Positions 47,578 to 63,200 of a stretch of DNA of 64,000 nt are shown here, piece by piece (position 1 is the first letter of the stretch; each line of letters begins with the position of its first letter). A program made the position numbers and the translations under genes. The notes under the pieces are model-generated. The model made no database searches and was not told the origin of the DNA. It was given only the letters and a program-made list of their open reading frames with translations. The stretch lies in assembly GCA_965649825.1 (NCBI GenBank), contig OZ287718.1, forward strand, positions 1 through 64,000, given 5' to 3'. The stretch is from Penicillus capitatus (taxonomy: Eukaryota > Plantae > Chlorophyta).

Positions 47578-49516
47578 TCACGATTTCTTCAGAAACGAGT
47601 CAATAAAAGCCGAATCTTCCGGTCGGAGATTAGACCTGTCCACTTTTTCCATGACTTGACGGGTGATGTCATTCGGGGCCACGCGGTTCTTCTGCATCCT
47701 CCGGATGAGATCGAGAATCTCTTGAATGGGATGATCGTTGTTCACGAGGCCCTCCAGCAAGGTGGTGTAGGTAACAACCGATGGCCAGTTATTGTCCTCA
47801 CGCATGGTTATCAGCAGTCTCATAGCACGCTGTTGTTCGCCGACAGCAACCCAGACACGAATGATGGCGTTGTAAATGTAACTGTCGAATTTGATGCGAT
47901 GCTGTTGCATTTTGACCACAAGGCTGTTCACCATGTCTGCATTCTTAGCTCGGAAGCACGCGTTGAGGAGAGTAGCAAAGACATAGCTGTCCAGTTTCAT
48001 CTCCTGACTCTCCATCTCATTCAGAATCTGTAAACAGGGCTCCAGATAGGTCAGTCCATCAGCAGGATTTCCCAGCTCGATGTAGAGCTTCATGAGGTTC
48101 GTGTAGGTGAACACCGTCAACTCGACACCCTTCTCCTTCATTTCGTTGAACAGACGAACACCCTCATCCAAGTCTTTCAGCCACAAGCACAGCACCAGGA
48201 ACTGACTGCAAGTAAAAGTGTCGGGCTTGCAGCCTGACTCTTGCATCATTTCCAGCACTCTTCGGCATTCTGCATAGACATTGGGTTCGTGCTTCTGTTT
48301 CTTTACTGCCTGAACGTAGCTTCCAATGATGCAGTTGTAGATAACCGCAGTGGGCCGAAGGCCTGCATTCTTCATGTCTTCATAGAATACCCAAGCTTGT
48401 CGCCAGTCTCCTGCTTTCATAGCACAGCGTATCAGCAAGGAAAGTGAACGGTAGGATGGCCTGATGTACAACGCCTGCATCTCATGGTAGAAGTTATTGA
48501 CATAGCTCATGCTCTGCTTGCCGTCTGAGAAGAGTTTAAAGAGCATGTCATAGGTACCAGAGTCCATTGCTCGTTGATGATGATGTTTCATGAGGTTGTA
48601 CAGAGCCAGGACATTGTTAACATCTCCTGCCTCGTAGTAGACGGTCATGGCTGCACCATAGACAGGCACGGTGGTACGAATGTGACGATTCTGCATGTCA
48701 CGCAGGAGCTCGGTGCATTTCTCGGCTGCCTTATGCGGTCCCAGGTCCATGAAACGGCATCCACTGATCAAAGCACCGTAGACAGCTGGCTGGGGCTCCA
48801 TTCCCGCAAGCAACATTTCTTCAAAATAGAACATGCCTCTTTGAAAGGCACCGCTCCGAACGCAGGCATCGATCACCGTCGTATAACCATATTGGCTTAT
48901 CTTCAGGCCCTCCGTCTGTTTCATCTCCTGAAAGTAATCCTGTGCCATTTTGGCGTCCTTGAGCTGGGAACAGGCATGCATCACTGTGGTGTAACAGTAC
49001 TCATCGGGAAGAACTCCATTCCTTTTCATGCTTTCAAACAGACCCACTGTTTGACGGTATTGCCTCTTCGCATTCGTCTTTTTCATCAATCGGGAGTAAA
49101 AGCGACATGAAGTCTCCAAGCCTGCTGCCTCTCTCTCTTCCAAAATGACCATTCCTTCCTCTACGGTATCAAACTCAGCATTGCGACTAAGCCGCTGGAC
49201 GACACTTGTCTTAGCCTACACACAATCTCCGTGATCGTCATACAAATCTGCAAAGTAGAATAGTGAACTTGAAGCGCCGGCGCTAACTCGTCTTGGGCTC
49301 TTTGCCTTAAGGTGACATTGAGGGACCGGTCGTTGCCCACAGCATTCTTGTCTGCGTTTTGCACTCGAATGGCGACATGTGATCTTCGCTGCAGTTGAAA
49401 GTTTCCTTCGTTCTTCTGCAAGATGCAAAGATGGATCTTACGGCTATATGATAGAGGGAGGAACTGCCGAAGCGTGTGTCGATGCAAACCCTGGGACGGA
49501 CTGCCGACGACAACAT
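47578..49516 (-). CDS. P-class pentatricopeptide-repeat (PPR) protein
   Basis: A 524-aa uninterrupted exon with about 12 tandem 35-aa repeats (YTTVMHAC, YTTVIDAC, YGALISGC, YGAAMTVY, YNCIIGSY, YTNLMKLY, YNAIIRVW, YTTLLEGL). The N-terminal exons are approximate (candidate start MLSSAVRPR at 49516). Confidence 0.9.
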
Positions 49517-49596
49517 GGCCGAAAAGCGAGAATGATGTGACGTCCTTCAACGAACAACTGTTGGTTTCTGTTGGGGACGTGCGTGCGTGCGAGAGG

Positions 49597-53094
<3,498 letters not shown>

Positions 53095-53679
53095 GAAAAC
53101 CGATACTCCACTGAAACGCTATTGGTTTTGCATTTTGAAGGACCAATGAGAGAATAAGGATGTGCGTTGTTTGGCAATCCGATTGTGCAAGAGCATCTTT
53201 TTCGTCAACCCCTAGGATGTGTGTCTTTGATGTGTCCCGTAATCATGTTCTTTGCAGTCCATCTGGTCTCTTCGGACATCAAGCTCTCTTCGATGAGGAC
53301 GGGTATGTTTTCAGACGTCCCTGTAGCCATCGGACGGAAAGCCGGCTATCTCATGTCTTCTTTGCTCAATGATACCTCTGCTTGCGAATTGAAAGAGTAA
53401 GTGCATCGAATTTCACACAAGGCCACACAGATTGGCTACCTTTGTGGTGGCTGACGGACTTTCTTTACTGCAAAAGTAATAAGTAACAACATCTGTTGAA
53501 AGACAACAATCTTATTGGAGTCAAGATCGTCAACCACACGAGTCCGCCATGGTTGTGGCTAACAAAAATCAAGACACGCTAAGCTTGACAGGATCTGCGG
53601 CGCAACATCCGAACAGTATATAAGAATCACAGTGCATCGACAAACATCTGATTCTTGCGCTGATGTTTGTCTATTGCCA

Positions 53680-55280
53680 TTACAGATAATCGTCCACATT
53701 TTTGGAAAACCCAAATCTCGTAAAGTCTTCGTCGTACAGCTGGATGACAGCTTTGATCAGATCTCTCGTATAGTACTCGCGGATGATGGATTTACTGTCG
53801 GCATGAGTAACCGGTTTTGGTTTATTCCTCCTTATAATGTGCTCATCCTCTGCGTACAGTGACGATGTGCCATTAACTCCCCAGCCATATGCTCCAAGCT
53901 TCTCCCACAGTTCCACACTGTCCAGAAATCCATGCATGTCTTCTTGGCGTTCTTCATAGCGCCCGATGAAATCGTAAGGCAATGTGCGAACACCACAGAG
54001 TGCCGACTGCGGACGAAAGTGCCGATCCGTCCAGTCCAAATGGCCCCTTGCTTTGGCCCCTCGCATCTTTTCCACAAACTGCTTAAGACTTGGAGGATTG
54101 GATCCTTTGGGCCAGCCGCCAGGAATGCGCATGTACTCATGAAGGTCAATGATTTTGGATCGGTACCCAGAGAGCAACCGGGTGATCGGATTTCGCACCA
54201 ACATCCCTTTCGCCCACTGCGTATCATCGAAGATACGGATCATGTCTTCTTTCCCTTCGTAAGTCCAGTTGTGTCCTGTATGGAAATTGCGGATCTGAAC
54301 TGTATTGCTCTTTTTCCAGTCCTTAATGCCATTCATCCGACGCATCAGCAACACAGCCACAGAGCTGCCGACCTTGGGAACACCACAGTAGGCCACTTTG
54401 TCCTTCACACTCTTGAAGGATGTATCTTTGATGGTCGCAAAATCAAAGAGCGATGGACTGTTGAGGCCCCATGTGTCTGTCGATTCGCATGACCATCGCG
54501 TTCGGCCCTTGATCAAATCTCCAGCCCGATGCAGTATCTTTTCCAATCTGGCGGATTCTGCCGTCCAGTTTGTTTCCCTGCCAACATCTGTCTCGTCCAC
54601 GTCCACTGTAATCTTGCGATTGGAACAGGGCCACGGATCCGTGCCGCTACGATCGACCCACATGGCACGTACGCCTCTTCCCAATGCATCCACGACTCGC
54701 ATCCGCGTTGCATCGCAGTTTGTTGTGTAGCAGAGAAACACGAAATCCGATCCGCGGAATTTCATGAAATACCGCTGCTTGCGCAGCAGATCGACGGAAT
54801 TGTAGAGTCCCTTCTGTGTATACAAGACGGATTCAAAGATCGGGACCAGAAACAGCTGGGCGTCTTTCACTTCACGGACACGTCGTGGCGACTCGAAAAG
54901 AAAGGCACAGAACTCGTTGGGCACATAGGTCTGACAGTCTGTCAGGAACTTTTCTTGGGAGTCTCCCAGCAGCCCCTCGCGTGCCAAATCCACCAGATAG
55001 AAAGGAAGCGTGGTATCTCGTCCACTCCATTTCAGCTGATGCACTTTCACTTCACGATTCTCAGTTGAGATCAGCTGCTTCGTAGGGACGCTGTTAACAA
55101 CGCCAGTATCCTCTGAAAGCGACAGAACAAACATCGATTGATATATCCATGGTTGCTCAGGGCTCACTTACTGCTTTGGAATCCGGAAGAGCTCAATGCT
55201 TTACCGAGGTTAAGATAGAGAAAGCCAGACACAATACAAAAGAGCAACGCCACGATGCCGTTCTGAAACGTCAGCCGCAT
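53680..55280 (-). CDS. Type II Golgi membrane protein (502 aa): truncated exostosin/GT47-like domain fused to a carbohydrate sulfotransferase (Sulfotransfer_2/CHST-like)
   Basis: Exon 55280-55205 (MRLTFQNGIVALLFCIVSGFLYLNL, TM anchor), a 92-nt intron, then exon 55112-53680. PAPS motifs YCGVPKVGSS and LVRNPITRLLSGYRSK, plus HFRPQSALC...YDFIGRYEE. The N-terminal part FLFESPRRVREVKDAQLFLVPIF...RYFMKFRGSDFVF...RKITV is exostosin-like. Confidence 0.88.
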
Positions 55281-56005
55281 TGGATGGAATCTTTACTCGA
55301 GTCCGAGGAGACTGACGCAAAACAGTCTTCTCTTTCTGTTGTGGCGGGGCGGCCGCTCGAACGATCAATGCAGCGGAAGTTTTTACAGACTTGGAGCAGA
55401 AGCATTTCAAAGTTCAGAATCGCACATTTATACCCGAAAATTGATGTGACTCGCCGAGGCAGGTTCAAACACTACAGAAACACGCCTCAGAGGAGCCATC
55501 AGTGTCTCTCTGTGCGATGAACCCCTTCACCACAAGACAGAATGACATGACCCCTTGTCGAAGACAACACTTTCGTACAACGCGCGGCAGTACTGTTGGG
55601 TCAGTCAGTTGGGACAAGACATGAGATGTCGCCTGTCGATCCAGTCATGAGAACAGCCAGAAGGGGAAGGAAGGCGGTAGCCGCTGTTTATCTTTAAAAT
55701 GTTGTCCACTCTACAGCGATCTGCCAGATACTCTGTGCCAAATTATTGGCGAGATCAATCAATGACTGTTTGTGCTGCTTTGCCGTCTTATCCGCGGACC
55801 CATCATGCGCCCGCCCCACGAACCAACCATTACAAATCTTTTCGGATCTGCTTCAGTTTTTCAGGTCGAAAACAAAAATCAATGAAAGAAAAGACAACTG
55901 AGAATATCCGAAGCTTAAGACCGAGAACGGCAACACTAACAAACATATCAATCAATATGAAATAGACGCTCAGCACCCTCAAATGCATTCCCAGCTGCTA
56001 TCGTG

Positions 56006-56902
56006 TCAGTAGTATCCCTCTTCGCCTGACGCCTCCCCTGGTCTCTTTGCAGATTTCTCTGTACCCCAGAGCTCCAGAGATGTCAGTTTCGTCAGCTCAG
56101 AGAGATGCTGCAGTCCTTTCCATGTGACTCTCGTAAATCCGAGATTCAGTCTCACCAAATCTGTCAGCTGAGCGAGGTAGGCAACGCCTTCATCTCCAAC
56201 ATGCGTATTCCATAAACTCAAGCGCTGCAGTTTTCTGAGACTGGGGAAATGACGAGCGCCTTCGTCTCCAATGTCCGTCCGGTCCAAATGCAGAGATGTC
56301 AGATTTGTTAAACAGGCAATATGTAACATGCCTGAGCTTGTAATCTTGGAATCTCGTAGATTGAGAAATGCCAGTTGTCGTAGTCCACTCAGAAACTGTA
56401 CACCTTCGTCTCCAATATCCGTTTCCCACAGCTGCAATACGGTTAACTTCGTTAGATAAGCCAGATGCTGCAGACTCTGGTTGTTAATCGCTGTGCCTGC
56501 GATATCCAGCAATGTCAGTTCTCTCAGACGGCTTAACATGAAGGCGTCACGCGAATGCAGTTTCCACACGACGAGCGATTGCAGTGCTGGGAAACGTCGC
56601 GTCACGGTGTCCAAGGGAAGGGACGAGGAGCCAAATTGAGTGACGGCTCTATTCGAAATCGATAGCTTTGTGGTAAGGGCATCACAGGCGTGTTGCCAAT
56701 GTTTATTCAACAAACGAAGCTCTGGAAACTGACAGCGGTCCACGTGGCGTGCTAAGCAACGAATGATGTCTTTGTGTAAGGATTCCCACTCTCGATACTC
56801 TTGTTCTACCTAAGGTCGCATGTCAGGTCACACATTTCGGCAAAGGTCACACACGACGTTCTTCTGCCGGTCCCAGTGCTTGGCTTTCCTCGATAAAATC
56901 AT
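56006..56902 (-). CDS. F-box-like/LRR protein with about six 24-aa RNI-like leucine-rich repeats
   Basis: Spliced start MILSRKAKHWDRQKN-VEQEYREWESLHKDIIRCLARHV...LRLLNKHW (F-box-like). Repeats LxxLxLxxTxIGDEGxxxLxxLxx. Confidence 0.82.
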
Positions 56903-57210
56903 CCCTCTATGTTCTGAACAGTGGGTGGGTCGTGGATAGGTAGGAACGTGGGGCTTCGAATGGTTGGTCTACTCGTGCACCAATTCCAGTGGGTCGCACG
57001 AATACACTGTCGGATGAAACGGCTGGAACTTGAATTTGTTTCTCTTCACTCGGACGCGTTTTGTGTCTTGACGGTCTCGCGCTTGACGCGACGCTGCGAT
57101 GAAGAACAGACGAATGATGCCTGAAATCTTAACCGTCGGCAGAGCCAGACAGTTTAACGATGCAGTACATGCAGCACAATTATTTCAAAAAGAATCGAGC
57201 AAGCGAGATT

Positions 57211-58097
57211 TCAAGCACATAGCAACTTGGCTTTGCCTGCAAAATAAGAACCCTGATGCTCAGCAGCAGCGATCTCAGCCTCAGATGGCTGACGGCTGCC
57301 ATCCGCCGCCGCAAATGTTCCAGCTCCCCATGGACCTCCTCCACGAATCTCGTCCATACCAAAGAGCGCAGAGCCGTGCGTATATCCCGGAGGAATGAAG
57401 ATCATGCCATGGTGCACGAGCTGAGTCAAGGCCGTCATTATGGTTGTCTCTTGGCCGCCACCCTGGGTGCCTGTTGAGGTAAAGAGAGATGCCGGTTTTC
57501 CTGCCAGGGCACCTGATTGCCATAGACCTCCCGTCGCATCAAACAAAGCCTTCATCTGAGCACACATCATACCAAACCTATCCCATCCAGCACAGCGCCC
57601 TCGAGTCGTCGTCGAGGCATCTGGGCGAGACATACCGAGTCGGAAAGCCGAAGACAATGCCATGAGCGTTGGCCAGTTCAGACGCACCGATGATCGGTAC
57701 ATCCGGCTTGGCAGGCGCTTTCATTTTCTCCAGCACTGCCTCGGGCAGTGTCTCGGCAACCTACGTGTATTCTACGTTCTAGAGCTCGGTGACGGTTTCT
57801 TCTTCGCACCTGATATAGGACCCCTTCGCATCCATCCACCGAGTCTATGCCTTTTTTGATAGACTGAGCCAATTTGTAAACATGACCATGCATAGAGTAG
57901 AAGACCACATAAATCTTGCAACGCGAAGCTTCTGTCGCTGCGGGCGTCTCGGTTGTCGCCTCGGCCATTTCTGCTGTTGTTTCCTGCGTAGGCAGATTCT
58001 CTGTTTGCGTCGCTTGCGTTTCTTTGTCGGTGGTTTCGACGTCGACCGGGTCCTTTGATTTTCTTCTCCGATCCAAAGCTCTTCTAATTGATCGCAT
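57211..58097 (-). CDS. FQR1: WrbA/flavodoxin-like NAD(P)H:quinone oxidoreductase with a roughly 58-aa N-terminal extension
   Basis: [72 protein letters not shown] and GGGPWGAGTFA.DGSRQPS. Confidence 0.95.
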
Positions 58098-58930
58098 TTT
58101 GCGTCAAGAACGACAGTCACAATGATGGACGGTGCAATGCCAGTGTCTGCCGATGCGTTGATGCGTTTCTTATGCTACGATACCAACCGACGCATCGGAG
58201 AGGACGGACGGCTGCATGCAGAGACACGTAGACGTGTCGCTATCACTCATTACCGATCTCAATCAATCTTCACATCCAGCTCTTACATAACACTTGCACA
58301 TGTGTGAAATGTAAAGATGCGTGAGTGTCTCTATGCAATAAGAGTGAGATTTAGGACTCAAGAATCGGGACTCGATTTCGCAGACGGTGGCCGTTCTGCC
58401 TCGCCTTCGGGTTCTTCGGCTGTGAGATCGATAAGCTGTGCTTCCGCAGACATGGCTTCATTGTTCGGATCCTCCACTTGGTGTGTGGACTGGGCAAGTT
58501 CTGTCTCCCTCGTCTGCATCGATTTTTTTAGAGAACTGCACGAGGGATGGATGGACTGTGCTTGCATTGGCCGTGTTGCCGGGTTGCATCCGGTCAGAGA
58601 CGTTCTGGCTCAACTGCGTGGCCAACTGCGTCAGCTGCTCGATTTCTCGTGTGCCTAACAATGACCTCACTCTTTTCAACGGGTCTTTTCACGCGTCCCC
58701 TCACTGCTCTTGATTTCTTTGGCTGCTTTGGCATAGTCTCGTTTCTTGCCACTCTCTATCTGTCATCGTCACTACCCTCGGATACACGTGTGAGAAATGC
58801 GTTGTTGCCTTACTAAAGCGATATGATTTGCCAAGTTCTCAACGAGCGATTCGATTCTGCACCACGTACCAGTCAAGTCCATTGTTTCAAACAATACCTA
58901 CATACGGTTTTGCATACGGTCTTTCGGAAC

Positions 58931-60016
58931 ATGTTGCGTACCGGGGTGCTTGTGGTGGCCTGTGCCGCCGTTGTGCATCGACTCCAGCGACTCTCCATCG
59001 CCTCTACCAAGCGCAAAGCCAATGATGGTCGCCTCATCTCCTCTCCAGACGAGACGGGAGCACAGGCATTTGTGGTCAACAGCCAGAAGAACGTGGAACT
59101 CTACTGTCGTCGTTGGGGCTCTCCGTCTGCCTCTCCGACTGCCGCTTTCCTTCTGTTCCACAGCGAACTGCTGAGCGGCACTGTCTTCAAGCGTTTTGCC
59201 CAGAAGATGATGGACAAGGGATATGTGGTCTACGCCATGGATTTGACCGGCTATGGAAAGAGCGGATGGCAACGGGGGATACCCTCACACATCGAGTGCT
59301 ATACGGATTACGTGGACGACATTGCTGCGCTGGTGAAGGTGGCCAAGCGAGAGACAGAAGATGTGCCCATTGTGATGTATGGAGAGGGATTAGGAGCGAC
59401 GTGCGCTTTGGCTTACGCTCTGAATGACGCGTCCAACGCAGCCAACGTGGATGCTCTTATCGCCGCTTCGGCAAAACTGCAGCCGGCCATCTCAACGGAG
59501 AGAGCGGAGCATGGCATCTACGGTATTCTTTCCAAGATTCTCCCATCCTTTTCCGGACCACGCGAAGATCCACCTTACGATATTGCTGGCCTTTTTGTCG
59601 ATGCCGAGATCGGCATGATCGCCCGGAGCAATTTTGAGAAGTGAGAAATGAATAGCATCTGACTTGAGAGAGTGAGACGTGGACGGATCCCTTCCTTCCT
59701 GTTCTTTAGTTTGCAGCCCGCTTCACTTCAGAAGATTCGCGAAGTTGCGAAGATGTGTGCGTTCGTTCAATCGCACATGACAGAACTGACCGTTCCATTG
59801 ATGGTGCTGCACGGCAAGGACGATGTCCGGAACGAGATGAAATTCTCAGAAGAGCTGAAAATGAAGGCAGGATCGATTCAGAAATACATACGTCTGTATC
59901 CTGATGCCGTCCATGGTCTGCTGTACAGCATTCCTGCCACAGTGGACAGAGTCATTGCCGATATCACGGCTTTTGTTGACAACATCATCACGACTTCCCC
60001 GCGTCACACTTCATAG
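58931..60016 (+). CDS. Alpha/beta-hydrolase of the monoacylglycerol lipase/caffeoylshikimate-esterase family, nucleophile Ser replaced by Gly
   Basis: LYCRRW, GYVVYAMDLTGYGKS, YVDD, MYGEGLGA (canonical GESMGG), LMVLHGKDD and YPDAVHGL. One intron near 59641-59709. Confidence 0.85.
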
Positions 60017-60202
60017 ATCTCCTCCCCTTTCTCGATCCAATTTTACATGAACGACATCTGATTTATGGATGCTCTGTTCTTTCTCAATCATCTTAGACGA
60101 GCGATGCCTGACGGATTCTGTCTATGTGTATCAATTGATCTTCCATCCTCTGTCCTGTCATTTCGTCGCATTTCGCTGTCTTGCCCATCATCTTTGTGAT
60201 TG

Positions 60203-63200
60203 ATGAAGCGTATCGGCGAGAAGATTACGGCCTGGAAGGGTCCAAGTGACCACAAAGCTCTGTTCTCCAACAAGCCCAGTATTCTGAAATTTGCACCGGG
60301 GGTATGGACACATAGCGGATTGCCAGAAGCGTCCGACGCCTTGGCCTACGAACCCGTGCAGCGTCTCCTTGCTGTACGATCAACACAACAAAGGCCAACG
60401 TCTGTATGCTATGCTGTCGTTGCCAGGTGGGCACCCAAGACGGTCGCGTCAAGGTCTTTGGTCAATATGGAGTGGAGAGTCTCTTGTCCAGTGCCCACAC
60501 AGAACCGACGGCATGTCTGGCCTTTTTACCAAACTCGGGGGCATTGCTCAGACTCACTCAAGTCTTGTCACCGTACGGAATGCATTGGTGCTGATATGGG
60601 TTGGCTGTTTGGATCAGAACGGAGTGCTGGAATTGTTTGATTTGGATACACAAAATGTCACATCACTCATCGAGTTGAATGATGATCCAATTACTTGTTT
60701 GTCATTGATCCCTGGCCAACCTTACATCATGCTCGGCACCTTCTTGTCAGCTTCCTTCATCCATGATGATGCAGGACGTGTGCAGGATGTTCTTCGGGGG
60801 TGTTGCGCGTCTGCTGCATCACTGATGTCAACAGAGATCCCATCACACAAGCACGGCCAGTCATACATCTCAGACTGCTAAACTACAGAGGTCCGTCACA
60901 TCAAATGCACGAAACCTGTATCGCAAAAATGCATGTATGTGTGTTTTTGTGACCTCAGTTTCGAAGCACGCGTTGGGCACTGGAGGAAGAATGATGGACA
61001 TCTCTGTGTGTCTCACTTCTTGTGGCCCGCTCGCTCTTATGCTGCACGGGACATCGGGCGTTCTTGTGTGGAATATTCGGTGAGAACCCCTTCGGCCATT
61101 GCGTTCTGTCTCTGAGTCAGTGATCTGTCGTGATCCAGATTCTCTCGACCCGTCTGTTCCATTCCCAATGTCTCATTGGACGTGCTCGTGTCGGCCAAGA
61201 TCCAAGATCCGGGTGAGGTGACATGTGCATCGTGGATTGGCAAACGCATTTCTCCCTATCTCTTGGCAACGGGTCACACATCTGGTGATGTACTGACGTG
61301 GTCCATGCCTGAGGAACTGCGTGGATTTAGCGATCGAAAAAGAATGACTATGCCTCAGATCGTCCATCGATTCCTTGCACGTCCCGATCACTCTTTGCGA
61401 AACCAGATCACTTCGATGTCGTACATTTCTGGAACAGAAGATCAGATCTTGGTGTTTGGTGGACAGTCCTTGGAAGAGCCAGCTGGGCTAAGCCTCTTTT
61501 CTCTGTCGAGGAATAGACAGGAGGAGCAATCGGAACATGAATTCGTGACAGCTCCACACTCGAGCCTGGCATGGTTTGGGAACATCCTGGATTATGAATT
61601 GGTACCGCCCAAAGGTTCCATGGAGCAATTCGATGATCCGTTGGGCATTCTGGTCCTCACAGAAGACGGAAATCTTGTCGTGCACGATCTGCAGCTGAAA
61701 CAACCCGTTCCGTTTTCCATGCCCTTTCAAATCTGCCACAAGCAATGCTCTGCCTCGCTCTTTTTCAAACCGTTGGTATCTTCTCCGCTCGTGCGGTTTC
61801 TGGAGTCAGTGGAAGATCGGAGTGCGGAATTGATGGAAGATATTGGAGGCATCTTCGATCATGCGTACACTTGGATTCTGGCTGGAGGCACGGCGGCAAC
61901 GAGCATCCGGGGATCGAATGCCAGACATCCTCTGCTGGTTCTTGGCTACGAAGATGGACGCATGCGTTTCTGGAGTCTACTGAAACCGTCGCCTCTCTGT
62001 CTCTATGTATTGGATCTCGCCGAGAGTTTCTCAACAGCTGCTGTTAAGAGCTTAGAGATCTTGGACGAAGGGACGTTTCTGGTGGCAGGCGATGCAAAAG
62101 GACATGTGTTGGTGTATCAGATCTCGGATGTCTCTCGAACCGTGAAGGTGCGAACATTCCGTGGTCCGGCTCAACCGCCAGAGATCGAGGAGCAGAAACA
62201 GAAAGCTGGGTATCAGCTTCTGCTCTGCCTCTCGCTGAATTCGAATCCCATTCAGAAAATCGCGTTCCATCCAGAATCTCATTTTCTGGCTGCCCTGGAC
62301 AGCTCTGGCGACATCAGTGTGCTCAATTTGATCACTTTGGAATGCGTGTTCATCCCCTTCGCTTCTATGAAGAGTCAGCACTCTATTGTGGATATTGTTT
62401 TCTGTGAGGCTCCTCTGTCTCCCCGAGAACAGGAGTCGCCCATTGAAGTGGCACTGTTCGTGGCGGATGAAGCATCCAATCTCACGGCAGTGGATCCCAC
62501 TTCTGGAACGATGATGAAGGAATCGGATTGGCTGCACCCCAAGAATGAGAGCAAAACTGTACGACTGATGACATTGGATGAAAATGGCATCTGTCCTGTG
62601 ATCTCCACTTTCCACCTTGGAGGATCGGATGCATTCTTCTGGACACCTGTTGACACCCTTGATGAGGACGGTAGCCACGCCGCTGAGTCATCGCAGCGTA
62701 GGATTCTTCGCAGAACGCCGTTTTAAGGACTGTCATGAGAATACAATATTTCCTTGTGTGCAGCGAAGACAGAGGATCTGATTGCATCCAAAGAAGATGC
62801 GCTGTCAGAAGGGGCAGAGAAGAGCACAGAAGGACAGGAAGCATTGAACAGCAGGTAACGCATGTGTGAGGATGCTCTTGGAGTGTATGTATCCTCCTTA
62901 CAACATTGCCGCGATGTATAATCGACTGGTCCAATGATGATGTGTGTCTTTTGCAGGACCACTTCGGAAGCAGTCTCTGTCGAGATCGAGTCTGGACAGA
63001 CTGGAACAACAACGACAGGCAATGGGTATACACATCATGAGCGTTTCGTCTCGGACGACGCAGAGACGGATGCGCTGTTGGCAGCTGCTGTGGCCAAGCT
63101 GGATGAGAGACCCGTCGAAGCGCAGCCAAAACCGCGCAAAGGTGGAAGCACCCATGCACTTCTGCAGATCATGATCTGTTTCTAGGACTGGGCCCCTTCA

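Noticed and set aside
58358-58770. Small minus-strand gene between FQR1 and the hydrolase
   Set aside because: Competing short ORFs with no consistent start or splice phase.
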